Both the position numbers and the translations under genes were made by a program. Positions 11,382-20,731 of a stretch of 64,000 nucleotides of DNA are shown one piece after another. How positions within the stretch are numbered: the first letter of the stretch is position 1; each line of letters starts with the position of its first letter. A model generated the notes under the pieces. The model was given only the letters and a program-made list of their open reading frames with translations, had not been told where the DNA came from and did no database searches. The stretch spans positions 960,001 through 1,024,000 of the forward strand of contig CAVRVY010000001.1 of assembly GCA_963724765.1 (NCBI GenBank), given 5' to 3'. Source of the DNA: an uncultured delta proteobacterium. GTDB taxonomy: Bacteria; Desulfobacterota; Binatia; Binatales; Binataceae.

Positions 11382-11541
11382 TCACACGCGGCGTTTGGAT
11401 TTCGATGTCGACCGAGACCTTCATATATCGTCAAATTGATCATTGCTGCGCAGATAAGAGCGTGCGCTTACGCTCCCACAGCGCCAGCGTGTGAAAGGCG
11501 AGGTCCCAGGCGGCGTACCACGGATATTCATGCGCGAGCGC

Positions 11542-12966
11542 TCACTTCGCCTCTTCGAAGACCGCCTCGACCTTTGCCTCGCGGATCGCACGTTTGAGCG
11601 CGGCGTGGTCCTTTTCGTTCTGGTCGGCGTAGGCAATCGAGAAAGCGGCGATCGCTTTGTCGAACTGGTCGCTCTGGCCCAGGTAACCGCTGATCATCGC
11701 GGCGTCCCCGGAGCGTGCGTGGGAGAGCGCCAGCGAGTAGCCGCAACACTGGGCGAAGAGGGTCATCTTGGCCGTGTCGAACGTCTCGACAGCAAACTTG
11801 ATCTTGACGTCGCGGAGCTGGCGGACATAGAAGTGACGTCCTCGCCTACCCTCGGTCCATCCAAGAAAGATGTCGCTGGCCGGCTGCATCAGCCGGTGGC
11901 CGTAAACGACACGCTGTCCGTGGTTCGGGAAGATGCTCTTTCCCGCATACGCCTCCAGAACCGATGCGCGCGCCTCCTTGACCTGCAAAATGAGAGCATC
12001 TCCTCCGCCGGCCATCAACAGCATTATAAAGCAGGCTGTGCCGACGCTCCCGACGCCGACGACCTTGGCTGCGGCGTCCTTGATTTCGTAGCGGTCGAGC
12101 AACATGCGATAGTTAGGCGCCAGGCTTTCGCGGTACCGGGTGAAGGCGTCCCTGACGTCCGCATGGATCTCACCGGCGGTGTGACCTTTCCAGTGAAAGA
12201 TCGCTGGGAGCTGGTCCTTGATAATCGGCGACCCGCCCGAATCGCCTACGAGCTTCGGGAACAGGCCTTCCGAGTTGCTGCTCTCACGCGCCTTCGCCAA
12301 GTTCTTGATCGCGCTGCGCCGGATCCCGGCATCTTTGACACCCGCGATCAGCATCTCGGCCTCGACGGCGAAGTACCACAGGTCCAGCACCTTCATTGCG
12401 GCGAACTCGGCCATGTGCTCGCGGTAGGACCTGACACAACTGAGAACCGCATCCTTGGCGGCGGATTCGCTGAGGCCGTTGTCGCGACAGGCGATCACGA
12501 AACTCGCCGCGAGACGCTTGAGGTCCCACTCCCAGGGCGCCGGGAGGGTCTCATCGAGGTCGTTGATGGCGAAGATGATTTGCCTCTCCGGGGTGGCGAG
12601 ACCCCGGAAGTTCACCAGGTGGGAGTCTCCGCCGCATTGCACGCGGACGCCGGTAGACGGAGTGCCCTCCAGATCCACCGCCATGGCGAGCGCCGAGCCC
12701 CGGTAGAAAGTGAACGGAGACGCCACCATGCGCCCGTGGCGAAGGGGAAGGAGCTCGGGGAGGCGTCCTTCGTCGGCCTTCAGCACCAGGCGGACCGGGT
12801 CCGGCCGGTCGTGCGGCAGCTTCCACTCGGCGTGTGAGGTTCGCGGACACTTGTCCCGCAAAGCTTTGCCCATCGCCGCCAGCTCAGCTCGCGAGTGGTG
12901 TGCCTGGAAGGCCGGGATCTTGTTGTCGACGGGTTGCCGGGACTTTGGGTTCTCGAGCTGGTTCAT
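11542..12966 (-). CDS. DUF2252 family protein (kinase-like fold)
   Basis: RHGRMVASPFTFYRGSA, GDSHLVNF, INDLDET, KVVGVGSVGT, LQVKEA, FYVRQLRD. Confidence 0.9.
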   Translation of the reverse strand: MNQLENPKSRQPVDNKIPAFQAHHSRAELAAMGKALRDKCPRTSHAEWKLPHDRPDPVRLVLKADEGRLPELLPLRHGRMVASPFTFYRGSALAMAVDLEGTPSTGVRVQCGGDSHLVNFRGLATPERQIIFAINDLDETLPAPWEWDLKRLAASFVIACRDNGLSESAAKDAVLSCVRSYREHMAEFAAMKVLDLWYFAVEAEMLIAGVKDAGIRRSAIKNLAKARESSNSEGLFPKLVGDSGGSPIIKDQLPAIFHWKGHTAGEIHADVRDAFTRYRESLAPNYRMLLDRYEIKDAAAKVVGVGSVGTACFIMLLMAGGGDALILQVKEARASVLEAYAGKSIFPNHGQRVVYGHRLMQPASDIFLGWTEGRRGRHFYVRQLRDVKIKFAVETFDTAKMTLFAQCCGYSLALSHARSGDAAMISGYLGQSDQFDKAIAAFSIAYADQNEKDHAALKRAIREAKVEAVFEEAK

Positions 12967-13109
12967 CGTAACACTACCTCCCGCAAGCAGCGGGGTCTTG
13001 GCCTCTTTCGCTGTTTCGACGACAGTTTTTTAAGGGGTGAGAACTTTTCCCGTAGTGACTTGCCTGCCTGCTGACACTCCGTGATCGTACGAATCTTCAC
13101 TTTGGCCAT
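12963..13109 (-). pseudogene. Short DUF2252 N-terminal remnant (48 aa, not in the ORF track)
   Basis: Manual translation MAKVKIRTITECQQAGKSLREKF resembles TKVK...EAGKALREKC in the neighbouring copy; stop overlaps the ATG at 12966. Confidence 0.45.
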
Positions 13110-13297
13110 TTTGTTTCAGATCTCCTGGCCGACCTCCGCATCACCTGGACCGTTCGAGAGGTGCGCCCGAGGTGCTGACTCGATACTCTCGTCGGCGACG
13201 GCGTCGCCGCGCTCTTCCTCTTCCCGACCTCTGCGGTCTGCGGCGTCACCGTGATCGTCACCTTATCGATCGTGCGGTGAATTTGTTGTCGCCTTCT

Positions 13298-13906
13298 TTA
13301 TTCAGATCCCATTTCGAAGGTTGCGGGCAGGGTCTCGTCGAAGTCGTTGATATCGAAAACGAGGCTGCGTTCGGGCGTGGCGAAGCCGCCGAAATTCATC
13401 AGATGGCAGTCGCCGCAGGAATGAACAATTATCCCGCTGCTTGGCGTACCCTTTAGGTCGTGCGCTTGTATCAGAGCCGTACCTCGAAAGTATGCGAACG
13501 CCGACTGCGCCATCCGCCCATGGCGGACAGGGATCAGATTCTCGAGCCGGTCTTTGTTCTGAGCTTCGATCAGTTTGACGACGTCACGCTCGCCTTGCCC
13601 AAGCACGATCTCGCGATGAGATGTACGCGGGCACTTTTCCCGCAGTGCTTTGCCTGCTTCGTGACGCTGTTCTTTAGTGAGGATACCAAGTGTGGCCTTT
13701 ACTTTTGTCCGTTTTGGCTTCGGCTGGCTTTTTCTTCGGCTCGCCGGACCACTCCTTCTAGCGCCGCTTGGCTTAGGAACGGCCGTCAGCGTGCGGCCCT
13801 TTTGAACCTTCGCTGTTCGCTTATCTTCCTTGTCGGGCACAGCGGTTGCTGCCGCCAATGGAGCTCCATTCTCTGAACCACGCAAAGCCTCTGTTGAATT
13901 CGCCAT
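13298..13906 (-). pseudogene. Truncated DUF2252 (N-terminal part only)
   Basis: GKALREKCPR, RHGRMAQSAFAYFRG, CGDCHLMNFG, FDINDFDETLPA, then an abrupt end. Confidence 0.8.
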
Positions 13907-13930
13907 TTTCCTTACCTCGCTTTTGCCAAC

Positions 13931-14210
13931 TCACAATTCAAGGGGCGCGCCACTCCCAACCAAGCGGTTCAAAGGTGAACGGCGACTGCAGCATCCGCCC
14001 GTGGGGAGTTTCCATCCCCCATGCGCCTCGCGCGGCACGTCCTCGCGCAAGGCCTTGCCCTCAGCGCGAGGCTCCGACGCAGTGCGAAATTGATCCTCCG
14101 TGGCAGAAGGGAACGATATCTCCGCGGACTTCTCTTTCTGGGCCCGCTTTTGGCCAGCGCCTTCCACGAGACGCACATCTGGTTTCTGCGATGCATCCAT
14201 GGGCGCTCTC
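13931..14210 (-). pseudogene. DUF2252 N-terminal remnant
   Basis: RAEGKALREDVPREAHGGWKLP resembles MGKALRDKCPRTSHAEWKLP of the intact copy. Confidence 0.55.
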
Positions 14211-14456
14211 TTCTTAAGGGATTGCGACGCACAAAAGATGCCGGCGAAATAAGCTTTGGAAAAGAGCTTTCCGAACCTGTTTGGTGCCCTTGGAGACGGA
14301 CGGCTGTATCCAAAAGACGCATTCTGATCTCCAACAGCCCGCACCTCACATAGCCCGGCGTGGATGAACAGGTCAGTGACGGCCGCGGATCCGCTCGTCC
14401 GTCAACTCGCGCTCGAACCTGGGGGCGCACTTCCCCGCGCCGCGACACTTCTTTCT

Positions 14457-15218
14457 TCAGCGGTTAGCCGGAGAGCATCCTCGATCGTGCTCAGCGCATC
14501 CTCGTGCGATTGGTATCGGCGAGCTGGGGATCGTAGCTGCATGTGCAAAAGCCTCCCCGTGACCTTCGACCGCCTTGCCTTTGACGATCGCCAGGTTCGT
14601 GCGTGCCTGGCTGTAGTCGGGAGCCTCGCGAAGCAGCGCACGCCACTGCGCGGATGCTTCGGCGTTCTTTCCCTGCCGAGCGTAGATGACACCCAGCATG
14701 TTGCGGGCATCCTGTTGTTTGGGCGCCAGGCGCAGAGTGGAAAGCATCTCCTGCTCCGCCTCGGTCAGCATATCGCGCCGTTCGTAGACCAAGCCGAGAT
14801 TGTAGTGGGATTCGGGTTGGTTCGAGTCGAGTCGAACGGCATGCCGCAATGCATCCATGGCTGCCGGCAGGTTGCCATTTGCGAGGAGGGCGATCCCCAT
14901 GTTGAGAAACAGGTCCCACCGCGAGAGCCCGAGCGCAGTGGCGCGCAGATACTCATTGAGTTCCTGCGTTTCGTCGCCCGTCATTCCGTACGCAAAGCCC
15001 AGATGATAGTGAGCGAGCGCGTTGGCTGGATGCTTCTGGAGGAACTCGCGATGAAGACGAATCGCGGCAGTGTAATCCTCTGTTACGAGATAATGATCGG
15101 CCGTCGCGTCGCAGATCGACTCCTCGATTGGATTGGCAGCGAGGCCAGCCAGGCCGCAGAGACAAATGAACAACAGCGCAATCGCGGTGCTCGATAGCAG
15201 TGAGCTATTTATAATCAC
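14457..15218 (-). CDS. Tetratricopeptide-repeat protein with signal peptide
   Basis: Repeated TPR consensus (AHYHLGFAY, SHYNLGLVY, ARNMLGVIY, ARTNLA). Confidence 0.85.
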   Translation of the reverse strand: MIINSSLLSSTAIALLFICLCGLAGLAANPIEESICDATADHYLVTEDYTAAIRLHREFLQKHPANALAHYHLGFAYGMTGDETQELNEYLRATALGLSRWDLFLNMGIALLANGNLPAAMDALRHAVRLDSNQPESHYNLGLVYERRDMLTEAEQEMLSTLRLAPKQQDARNMLGVIYARQGKNAEASAQWRALLREAPDYSQARTNLAIVKGKAVEGHGEAFAHAATIPSSPIPIARGCAEHDRGCSPANR

Positions 15219-15627
15219 AGGCTCGCCGCAGGGTGATCCTTCACCTAATTAGGCCAACTCCTTTAGAGACTGTCAGTCCGGCGTTTCGGGTTCTTAGTCA
15301 GCACTATGCATGCCAATGAAAATCGTATGATTTAGGCGATCTCTCACGAACGCAATGAAAGAGCAGGTTACAGCGCGCGTCATGAGCCGGAAAGCTGCGG
15401 TCCTGTAGCGCAGCAGTACCTGGTAAGCGCAGTCGAGTAGCGGGCGGCAGTTCTCGAACTGAACTTCGAACTGTGCGTGTGATGGCAATCAGCAGCAGTG
15501 TTTTCGCAGGGCACGCTGGCGCTGAATGATGGAATAGTCTCCCCGCTAAAGGTTCCGACTGACCTGAAAACCGAACGGAGATTGCGAGGACGAACGAACG
15601 CTAACTCGTTCTACGAAGAGTGACGAA

Positions 15628-15696
15628 CAGCCAAAGTTCAGCCAAAGTCAGCCGAGATCTCTGCGCGGGGGACTTGACAGCCAAAGTCCCCCGCGC
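15628..15696. repeat. CAGCCAAAGT direct repeats and a 13-bp inverted repeat beside the att site
   Basis: Exact copies at 15628, 15639 and 15678, degenerate copy at 15649; hairpin gcgcgggggactt-N8-aagtcccccgcgc at 15663-15696. Confidence 0.8.
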
Positions 15697-15726
15697 TAGA
15701 AATCGCAGCACTGTCGGGGATAATCT

Positions 15727-15784
15727 TGGTGCCGAGGGCGGGACTTGAACCCGCATGTGCTTGCGCACGGAGGATTTTGAGTCC
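15727..15784 (-). repeat. att site: displaced 3' half of tRNA-Leu (58-bp direct repeat of 34670-34727)
   Basis: 56/58 identical to the tRNA 3' portion from the anticodon stem to CCA; no D-arm or 5' acceptor strand. Confidence 0.95.
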
Positions 15785-16109
15785 GTCCCCAGTAACCACA
15801 AACCCTCTCTCCACCGCGCACGATCCAACACTATCAGTCACTTTCCTACTTGCTAGTCGAGTCCGAAACGCACCGTCGCCCCGATGGTGCGCGATAGTTC
15901 AGCCACACTTTAGCCACAATTCACAGCGCGAGATCGCCATAGCGCACTGGATGTCACATCCTCTGCGCCACGAAAAAGCCGCGTCATCATTGGGAAATTC
16001 GGCGACTGTGGCTGAAGTGTGGCGCAACTTCGCGACTGTGGATCGGCACGAATCGACGGATCGAAGGGGCAATTTCGCCCCACCTAACCGGGTTCTAGGA
16101 GGGAAGGCG

Positions 16110-16562
16110 ATGCGAACGAGTAACAGGTCCGAGGCGTTCAAGCTGGCACGGCAGCTCGACAGCGACAGCGATCGCGAGGCGCTCGATGACGCGATGCTCG
16201 AACGCCACTGGAATGACTACCGCTGCGATGAGCTACCGGAGCCGTTGGATGCGATCTGGTTGCAGTGCGTCTTGAGCGTGCCCGGCGATGCGGCCGTGCG
16301 GCTGATGCAGAGCGCGGCCTACATCACACCGGCCACCGGCGTTCTCGACGACGCCACGATGGCCACTGTGCTGAAGGCGCGATCGGCGGGCGTCGAGGAG
16401 CTGTTGTTACATGAGCAAGCCGGTTACTACATCGGCTTGGCGCAACGAGAGATGTGCGGCATGGACCTGGCCTCGGGGTTGCGACGGATCGAGCGCTGCA
16501 ACCAGTTTTTGGCGGACTGGACGACGGCGCATCGGGTGAACGTCCCTCTGCGCGCGGTTTGA
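16110..16562 (+). CDS. Hypothetical protein (150 aa)
   Basis: ATG at 16110 with GGAGG RBS; the longer track ORF runs through the att site and is unlikely. Confidence 0.6.
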   Translation: MRTSNRSEAFKLARQLDSDSDREALDDAMLERHWNDYRCDELPEPLDAIWLQCVLSVPGDAAVRLMQSAAYITPATGVLDDATMATVLKARSAGVEELLLHEQAGYYIGLAQREMCGMDLASGLRRIERCNQFLADWTTAHRVNVPLRAV

Positions 16563-16781
16563 TCCAACGGGGACCCCCCGGCGCGATGGAGGCAGCTAGC
16601 ATCGCGCCTGGGGCATCCTGTGCGTCGTGGCGGCCATTGCTGACGTGGAGGGCATCGTAAAACTGCCCGAACTTCCCTGGAGGCGAAATGGGTCCCATCG
16701 CCCAAAATAGCGACAGCACGTTTACTCGCAATCCAAAGGGCGCGGACGGATCGCGCCACAACGCAGGAAGGAGGTTAAGTC

Positions 16782-17162
16782 ATGATCACGCCCGATGAGA
16801 TTCTTCATCGACCCGAGTGTCTCGACGAGGTTGATCCACGCGCCGCGTACGCACTCGCCACGAAATTTCAAAGCGCCGCCTCGGCCTGCTTCCAGCGCGC
16901 GTTCCTGGGCCTTTCATCCATGGCTTCTGCGACTACGGATCGCGCCAACGCGCCCAAGCCCGAAAGCGACAAGCTGATCGCGATCAAGGACGCAGCCGCG
17001 CGGCTCAACAAGCATCGAAGTTGGATGGATCGCCACGGCCGCCGCCTCGGCATCGTGGTGTGCGACCCGACGACTGGGCGAGCTTTGGGATGTTCGACGC
17101 GCGCCATCGAGCGCTTCCTCAGCGTCGATCCCGCAGTCGCTCTCGCCGGGCGGAGGGTTTAG
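16782..17162 (+). CDS. Excisionase-like HTH DNA-binding protein
   Basis: Strong AAGGAGGT RBS; LIAIKDAAARLNKHRSWM resembles an HTH_17/MerR-type winged helix. Confidence 0.55.
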   Translation: MITPDEILHRPECLDEVDPRAAYALATKFQSAASACFQRAFLGLSSMASATTDRANAPKPESDKLIAIKDAAARLNKHRSWMDRHGRRLGIVVCDPTTGRALGCSTRAIERFLSVDPAVALAGRRV

Positions 17163-17165
17163 GCG

Positions 17166-17561
17166 ATGGATGCGGCTGATGAGACGATGTGCTGGTGCGC
17201 ATCCGCGGAAGGGTTACTGCGCGCGTTGATCCCCTACGCGATCCGTTCATTCAACGATGATGCCGACGACGCGCGACGGCTATTCGCCGATCACGGAATC
17301 GTGGACGTGGGCGCGGCGCTACAGCCTTTCCACGACGGCGCGATCATCATCGTAGAAGCGGAGCGCGAAGCGGCACGGCGGATCGTGGCGGGCGTCACGA
17401 CGCAGGCTGATGCCGATAAGCTAATCGTCGAGCTGGGCGCGATCATCGTCACGAGGGCGCTTTTGATGCTGCGCACGTTGATCCAGCGACTCAACGGAAA
17501 CGCGAAGCGCGACGCACATCGCGCCAAAAATGAAGGTACGGAGAATATTCATGCAGAATAA
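17166..17561 (+). CDS. Hypothetical protein
   Basis: Tightly packed co-directional ORF. Confidence 0.5.
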   Translation: MDAADETMCWCASAEGLLRALIPYAIRSFNDDADDARRLFADHGIVDVGAALQPFHDGAIIIVEAEREAARRIVAGVTTQADADKLIVELGAIIVTRALLMLRTLIQRLNGNAKRDAHRAKNEGTENIHAE

Positions 17562-17802
17562 CGAAGCAGTCGAAACCGTCGAGTTGGGCGCGAAGTGCGC
17601 GTGCGGGGCCGTCGCCACCGAGGCCGTGGCGTTTCGGGCAGCGCCGTGCGTTCTATGCCGTAGCTGCTATGAGCGGAAGTCGATGAGGTTTCGCGTCGAT
17701 GAGGAGTTTCTGATCGACGCGCTCACGGTCATCGCGCGCACGCAGGGTTTGAAGCCCATAACGCTTGACGCTCTGCGCGAGATGGTGATCGCCCGAACTT
17801 AG
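17551..17802 (+). CDS. Small Cys-rich hypothetical protein
   Basis: GGAG RBS, CxC...CxxCxxC pattern, overlaps the upstream stop. Confidence 0.5.
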   Translation: MQNNEAVETVELGAKCACGAVATEAVAFRAAPCVLCRSCYERKSMRFRVDEEFLIDALTVIARTQGLKPITLDALREMVIART

Positions 17803-17939
17803 TTGTAGGGAGAGAAGGAGCCCTGCCGCGAATCGGGCGGGAGGTTATCGCGCCAAACAAAAGACCATCGCCGTTGCATCGATTGACTTATTAGGTCAAC
17901 TGGCCCGAACTTCGTTAGTCAGATCGAAAGGAGGTTACG

Positions 17940-18482
17940 ATGCCTTTTTGCGTCAGTTGCGGCGTGGCGAACGTGAGCGGCGCACGATTCTGCAAGGCGT
18001 GCGGGGCGGCGGTAGCATCGCCGTCGCCTCTTCCACCATCGCTCCAGGCGCTTGCGGCACGGATGGAGATGCCGATGCCGTTAACCGTTGCCTGGTTCGA
18101 GCGATTGATGTACACCGCGCTTGGCCTTGGCTGCTTCAATGCGATTCTCGGTTATCCACGCCTATCGGAAGATCCTCGCATTTCGGCGCTTGGCGCGGAC
18201 TTCCCTTTAATCCTCGCTATCGTTTTCCTGTTATTTTCCCTGCCTCTCGCCGTGTGGTGGATCTGGCTGATTGCACGGCGGCGAAAAAACTGGGCGCGGT
18301 GGACGCAGCTTATCCTGCTTATCGTTAGTCTGCCGTTCGTCATGAGTAATGCGGCTACCATGCTTTTGACCACGCCGGTCGTCGGCGCTCTATCCGCGTT
18401 GGCAGGTGCGTTACAAGCCGCTGCGCTTGTTATGGTGTTTTCGGGCGAATCGCGCGACTGGTTCAAAAGGCCGGCAGTTTAG
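17940..18482 (+). CDS. Zinc-ribbon domain membrane protein 1
   Basis: MPFCVSCGVANVSGARFCKACG plus 4 TM segments (RRRKNWARW); AGGAGG RBS. Confidence 0.75.
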   Translation: MPFCVSCGVANVSGARFCKACGAAVASPSPLPPSLQALAARMEMPMPLTVAWFERLMYTALGLGCFNAILGYPRLSEDPRISALGADFPLILAIVFLLFSLPLAVWWIWLIARRRKNWARWTQLILLIVSLPFVMSNAATMLLTTPVVGALSALAGALQAAALVMVFSGESRDWFKRPAV

Positions 18483-18504
18483 ATTCAGGCGGGAGGAAGC
18501 CGCG

Positions 18505-18876
18505 ATGCCCTATTGCACGTATTGCGGTGCAGCGAATGTGAACGGGGCCGTGTTCTGCAAGAGTTGCGGGACAATTACGCAACTGCCCGTTGCGGTACGA
18601 GTTACCGATGATCGTAAAGCACTACGCTGTAAATGTGGGTCTACCCAACTACACGCCGAAAAGCGCGGCTTTAGTTTGTGGTCGGGATTCATCGGCAGCC
18701 GTAAGATCATCGTTACCTGTCTAGCATGCGGACGTAGATATCGACCGGGATACCTACCAAATGACAGATCGGCGATGAGAGAGCCGATGGATCGAAGCGA
18801 TGTTCTTTTCGGCTTGATCATAGTGGGTATGTTTCTATTGACCCTACTTTTTGCAGGTATAATGCACCGCTTTTAG
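18505..18876 (+). CDS. Zinc-ribbon domain membrane protein 2
   Basis: MPYCTYCGAANVNGAVFCKSCG, second Zn motif (CKCGS...TCLACG), C-terminal TM; GGAGG RBS. Confidence 0.75.
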   Translation: MPYCTYCGAANVNGAVFCKSCGTITQLPVAVRVTDDRKALRCKCGSTQLHAEKRGFSLWSGFIGSRKIIVTCLACGRRYRPGYLPNDRSAMREPMDRSDVLFGLIIVGMFLLTLLFAGIMHRF

Positions 18877-18886
18877 TAGAAGGATC

Positions 18887-19207
18887 ATGCCCTACTGTAC
18901 TCATTGCGGTGCTGCTAACGTGGATGATGCACAATTGTGCAAGGATTGTGGCGCGAGCATTGTGCGCTGGAATATCGAAGGGCTAATCAAAAGCGCCGTA
19001 TTCGGCATCGGTCTCGCCGTCGTATTACTCGTGTGCATCAAGGGTGAAGCAGCGCTGATGACGGAAGGTGTAGACTTTCCCCTGCTCCTGCTATTCGTCG
19101 TGTTTGGTTTATTGGGTATGGGAGCGCACATGGAGTTTACACGGTGGGGTCGTAAATGGCGGCTGCTGTCGCGGCTGCGCAATTACCTGATTAGACGACC
19201 GCCTTAA
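18887..19207 (+). CDS. Zinc-ribbon domain membrane protein 3
   Basis: MPYCTHCGAANVDDAQLCKDCG plus 2 TM segments. Confidence 0.7.
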   Translation: MPYCTHCGAANVDDAQLCKDCGASIVRWNIEGLIKSAVFGIGLAVVLLVCIKGEAALMTEGVDFPLLLLFVVFGLLGMGAHMEFTRWGRKWRLLSRLRNYLIRRPP

Positions 19208-19397
19208 AATCCAATTCCACCCGGCTCAATCGCTCCCGGAGCGATGTCGTGATGCGCGTGGAATCGCGACAGTAGCGCAAGTTATTTGCACCCTCGATGT
19301 CGCAATATACGGAAAACTTTTGGCGCGGTATGGCGAAACGTGTTGGTCCGCTTTTGCGGCGCGCTACGCTTAGGGTGAGAGTTTGAAAGGAGGGTAA

Positions 19398-20198
19398 GTG
19401 ATGGAACTGGTCAGGGCGGAAGGAACGAAGGCGATGTGCAGCCATTGCGGCGAAGAGCACGCCGCTATCGAAACCGAGGAGTGCTTCAACGGTTTCCGCA
19501 CCTTAGGCGACACCCACACCCACAATACCGCCGAGGATTCGGCGGCCTGTGATGCCTACCACGCGACCATGCGCGAGCAAATGGCTGCGAGCGAGGATGC
19601 GGATTATGACGCGGCACAAAAGTTGGCGCGCGAAGCCGCCGATGCCGCCCACCACACAGCGACGGAAGCCAGCGAGGGATGGACGCGCTTGGAAGAGATC
19701 GCTTACGACCTCAGCGTGCTCGGCGATTCGTCGCGGATGGAAGGCAAGAATAATCTCGAAACGATCATCATCCAGACCCTCGCGCGGCTCTCAGTCGAAG
19801 TTTATGACGCCCTCAATGTTTCGCGAATCCTGTTCGTCGGCCCCGGCCCAGGACAGCTCGGCGAGGCGCTCCGGCTGAGCCTGGTGGGCGTGGCGAACAA
19901 GCCAAGTGACGACGACGATGATGACGAACCAAGCAAGAGCGTCGTCGCGGGCCTCACTACTATCCGACCAGTACGAATCGAGAGGAACCTGATAGTCCTC
20001 AGCAACGAACTTTGCGGGCAGCCCATCGAAGACGCCATGTGGACGGTCGCCCATGAACTCGCCCATCTATACCTCGGACACGTCGAGCCCGGCAAAAAGC
20101 TCGACGTGCGCGCGCTAGAACCAGATGCCGATCGGCTCGCGGTGAGTTGGGGGTTCGCGCTGCCCGAATGGAGGCGCAAGAACGAAGATGAAGCGTAG
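19398..20198 (+). CDS. HExxH zinc metallopeptidase (ImmA/IrrE-like)
   Basis: TVAHELAHLYLGH followed by LEPDADRLA; AGGAGG RBS; N-terminal CSHC. Confidence 0.7.
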   Translation: MMELVRAEGTKAMCSHCGEEHAAIETEECFNGFRTLGDTHTHNTAEDSAACDAYHATMREQMAASEDADYDAAQKLAREAADAAHHTATEASEGWTRLEEIAYDLSVLGDSSRMEGKNNLETIIIQTLARLSVEVYDALNVSRILFVGPGPGQLGEALRLSLVGVANKPSDDDDDDEPSKSVVAGLTTIRPVRIERNLIVLSNELCGQPIEDAMWTVAHELAHLYLGHVEPGKKLDVRALEPDADRLAVSWGFALPEWRRKNEDEA

Positions 20199-20461
20199 CT
20201 ATACGGCGCCGTCGTGATAAGGGCGGCTGTTAGCTAGCTCGCTCGTGCGAGCGGTTGAGATTAAGAAGCGGCGCTGTGTGCTCGCTCGTGCTCCGCAAAG
20301 CTCCGCGTCGCTCGCTATGGGCCACAGGACGGCATTGATCTACGAAACGGTTCATACACCACCACAAATCGTCAACAACGCGTAACAGTTAGTCATCTAG
20401 TCTCCTCTTGTGCTATGGTGGCGGCCATCTTCTACCGGGGTTTGATAGCTGAGGACTGGAA

Positions 20462-20731
20462 ATGGCGGCTACTGCGATCATGTCAACGGGCGTTGTTAAC
20501 GATCTGGAGTCGTGTCGCCACGACGTGCTGAACTTTCTTCAAATTTTATGCTGGCAAATCGCCTCCGTCGAAGTGAAACGCTGGACGGTCGAGGGGATGC
20601 TGCAAGCAGTTCGCAGGTGGGAATCGGTCGCAAGCGATCTCGAAAATCTTGCCGAGGAGATCGCGCATTTCATTGCCAAAAGTGAAGTCGAAGCGAGAGC
20701 GGTTGTGCTCGTGCGCCGCGAGGCAGAGTGA
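20462..20731 (+). CDS. Hypothetical protein
   Basis: GAGGA RBS, helical 89 aa ORF, upstream TGcTATGGT extended -10-like motif. Confidence 0.5.
   Translation: MAATAIMSTGVVNDLESCRHDVLNFLQILCWQIASVEVKRWTVEGMLQAVRRWESVASDLENLAEEIAHFIAKSEVEARAVVLVRREAE

Noticed and set aside
11491-12837. Long antisense ORF (448 aa), and similar ones at 42782-44224, 57849-59903 and 60747-62123
   Set aside because: Shadow frames opposite well-supported genes in high-GC DNA, with no recognisable motifs.
15727-15784. Second tRNA-Leu gene
   Set aside because: Only the 3' 58 nt are present, with no D-arm or 5' acceptor strand; it is the att duplication.
15726-16109. N-terminal 128 aa of the 278 aa track ORF, and the ORFs at 34493-34866
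   Set aside because: They translate the tRNA/att and arm-site DNA; the real start is probably ATG 16110.
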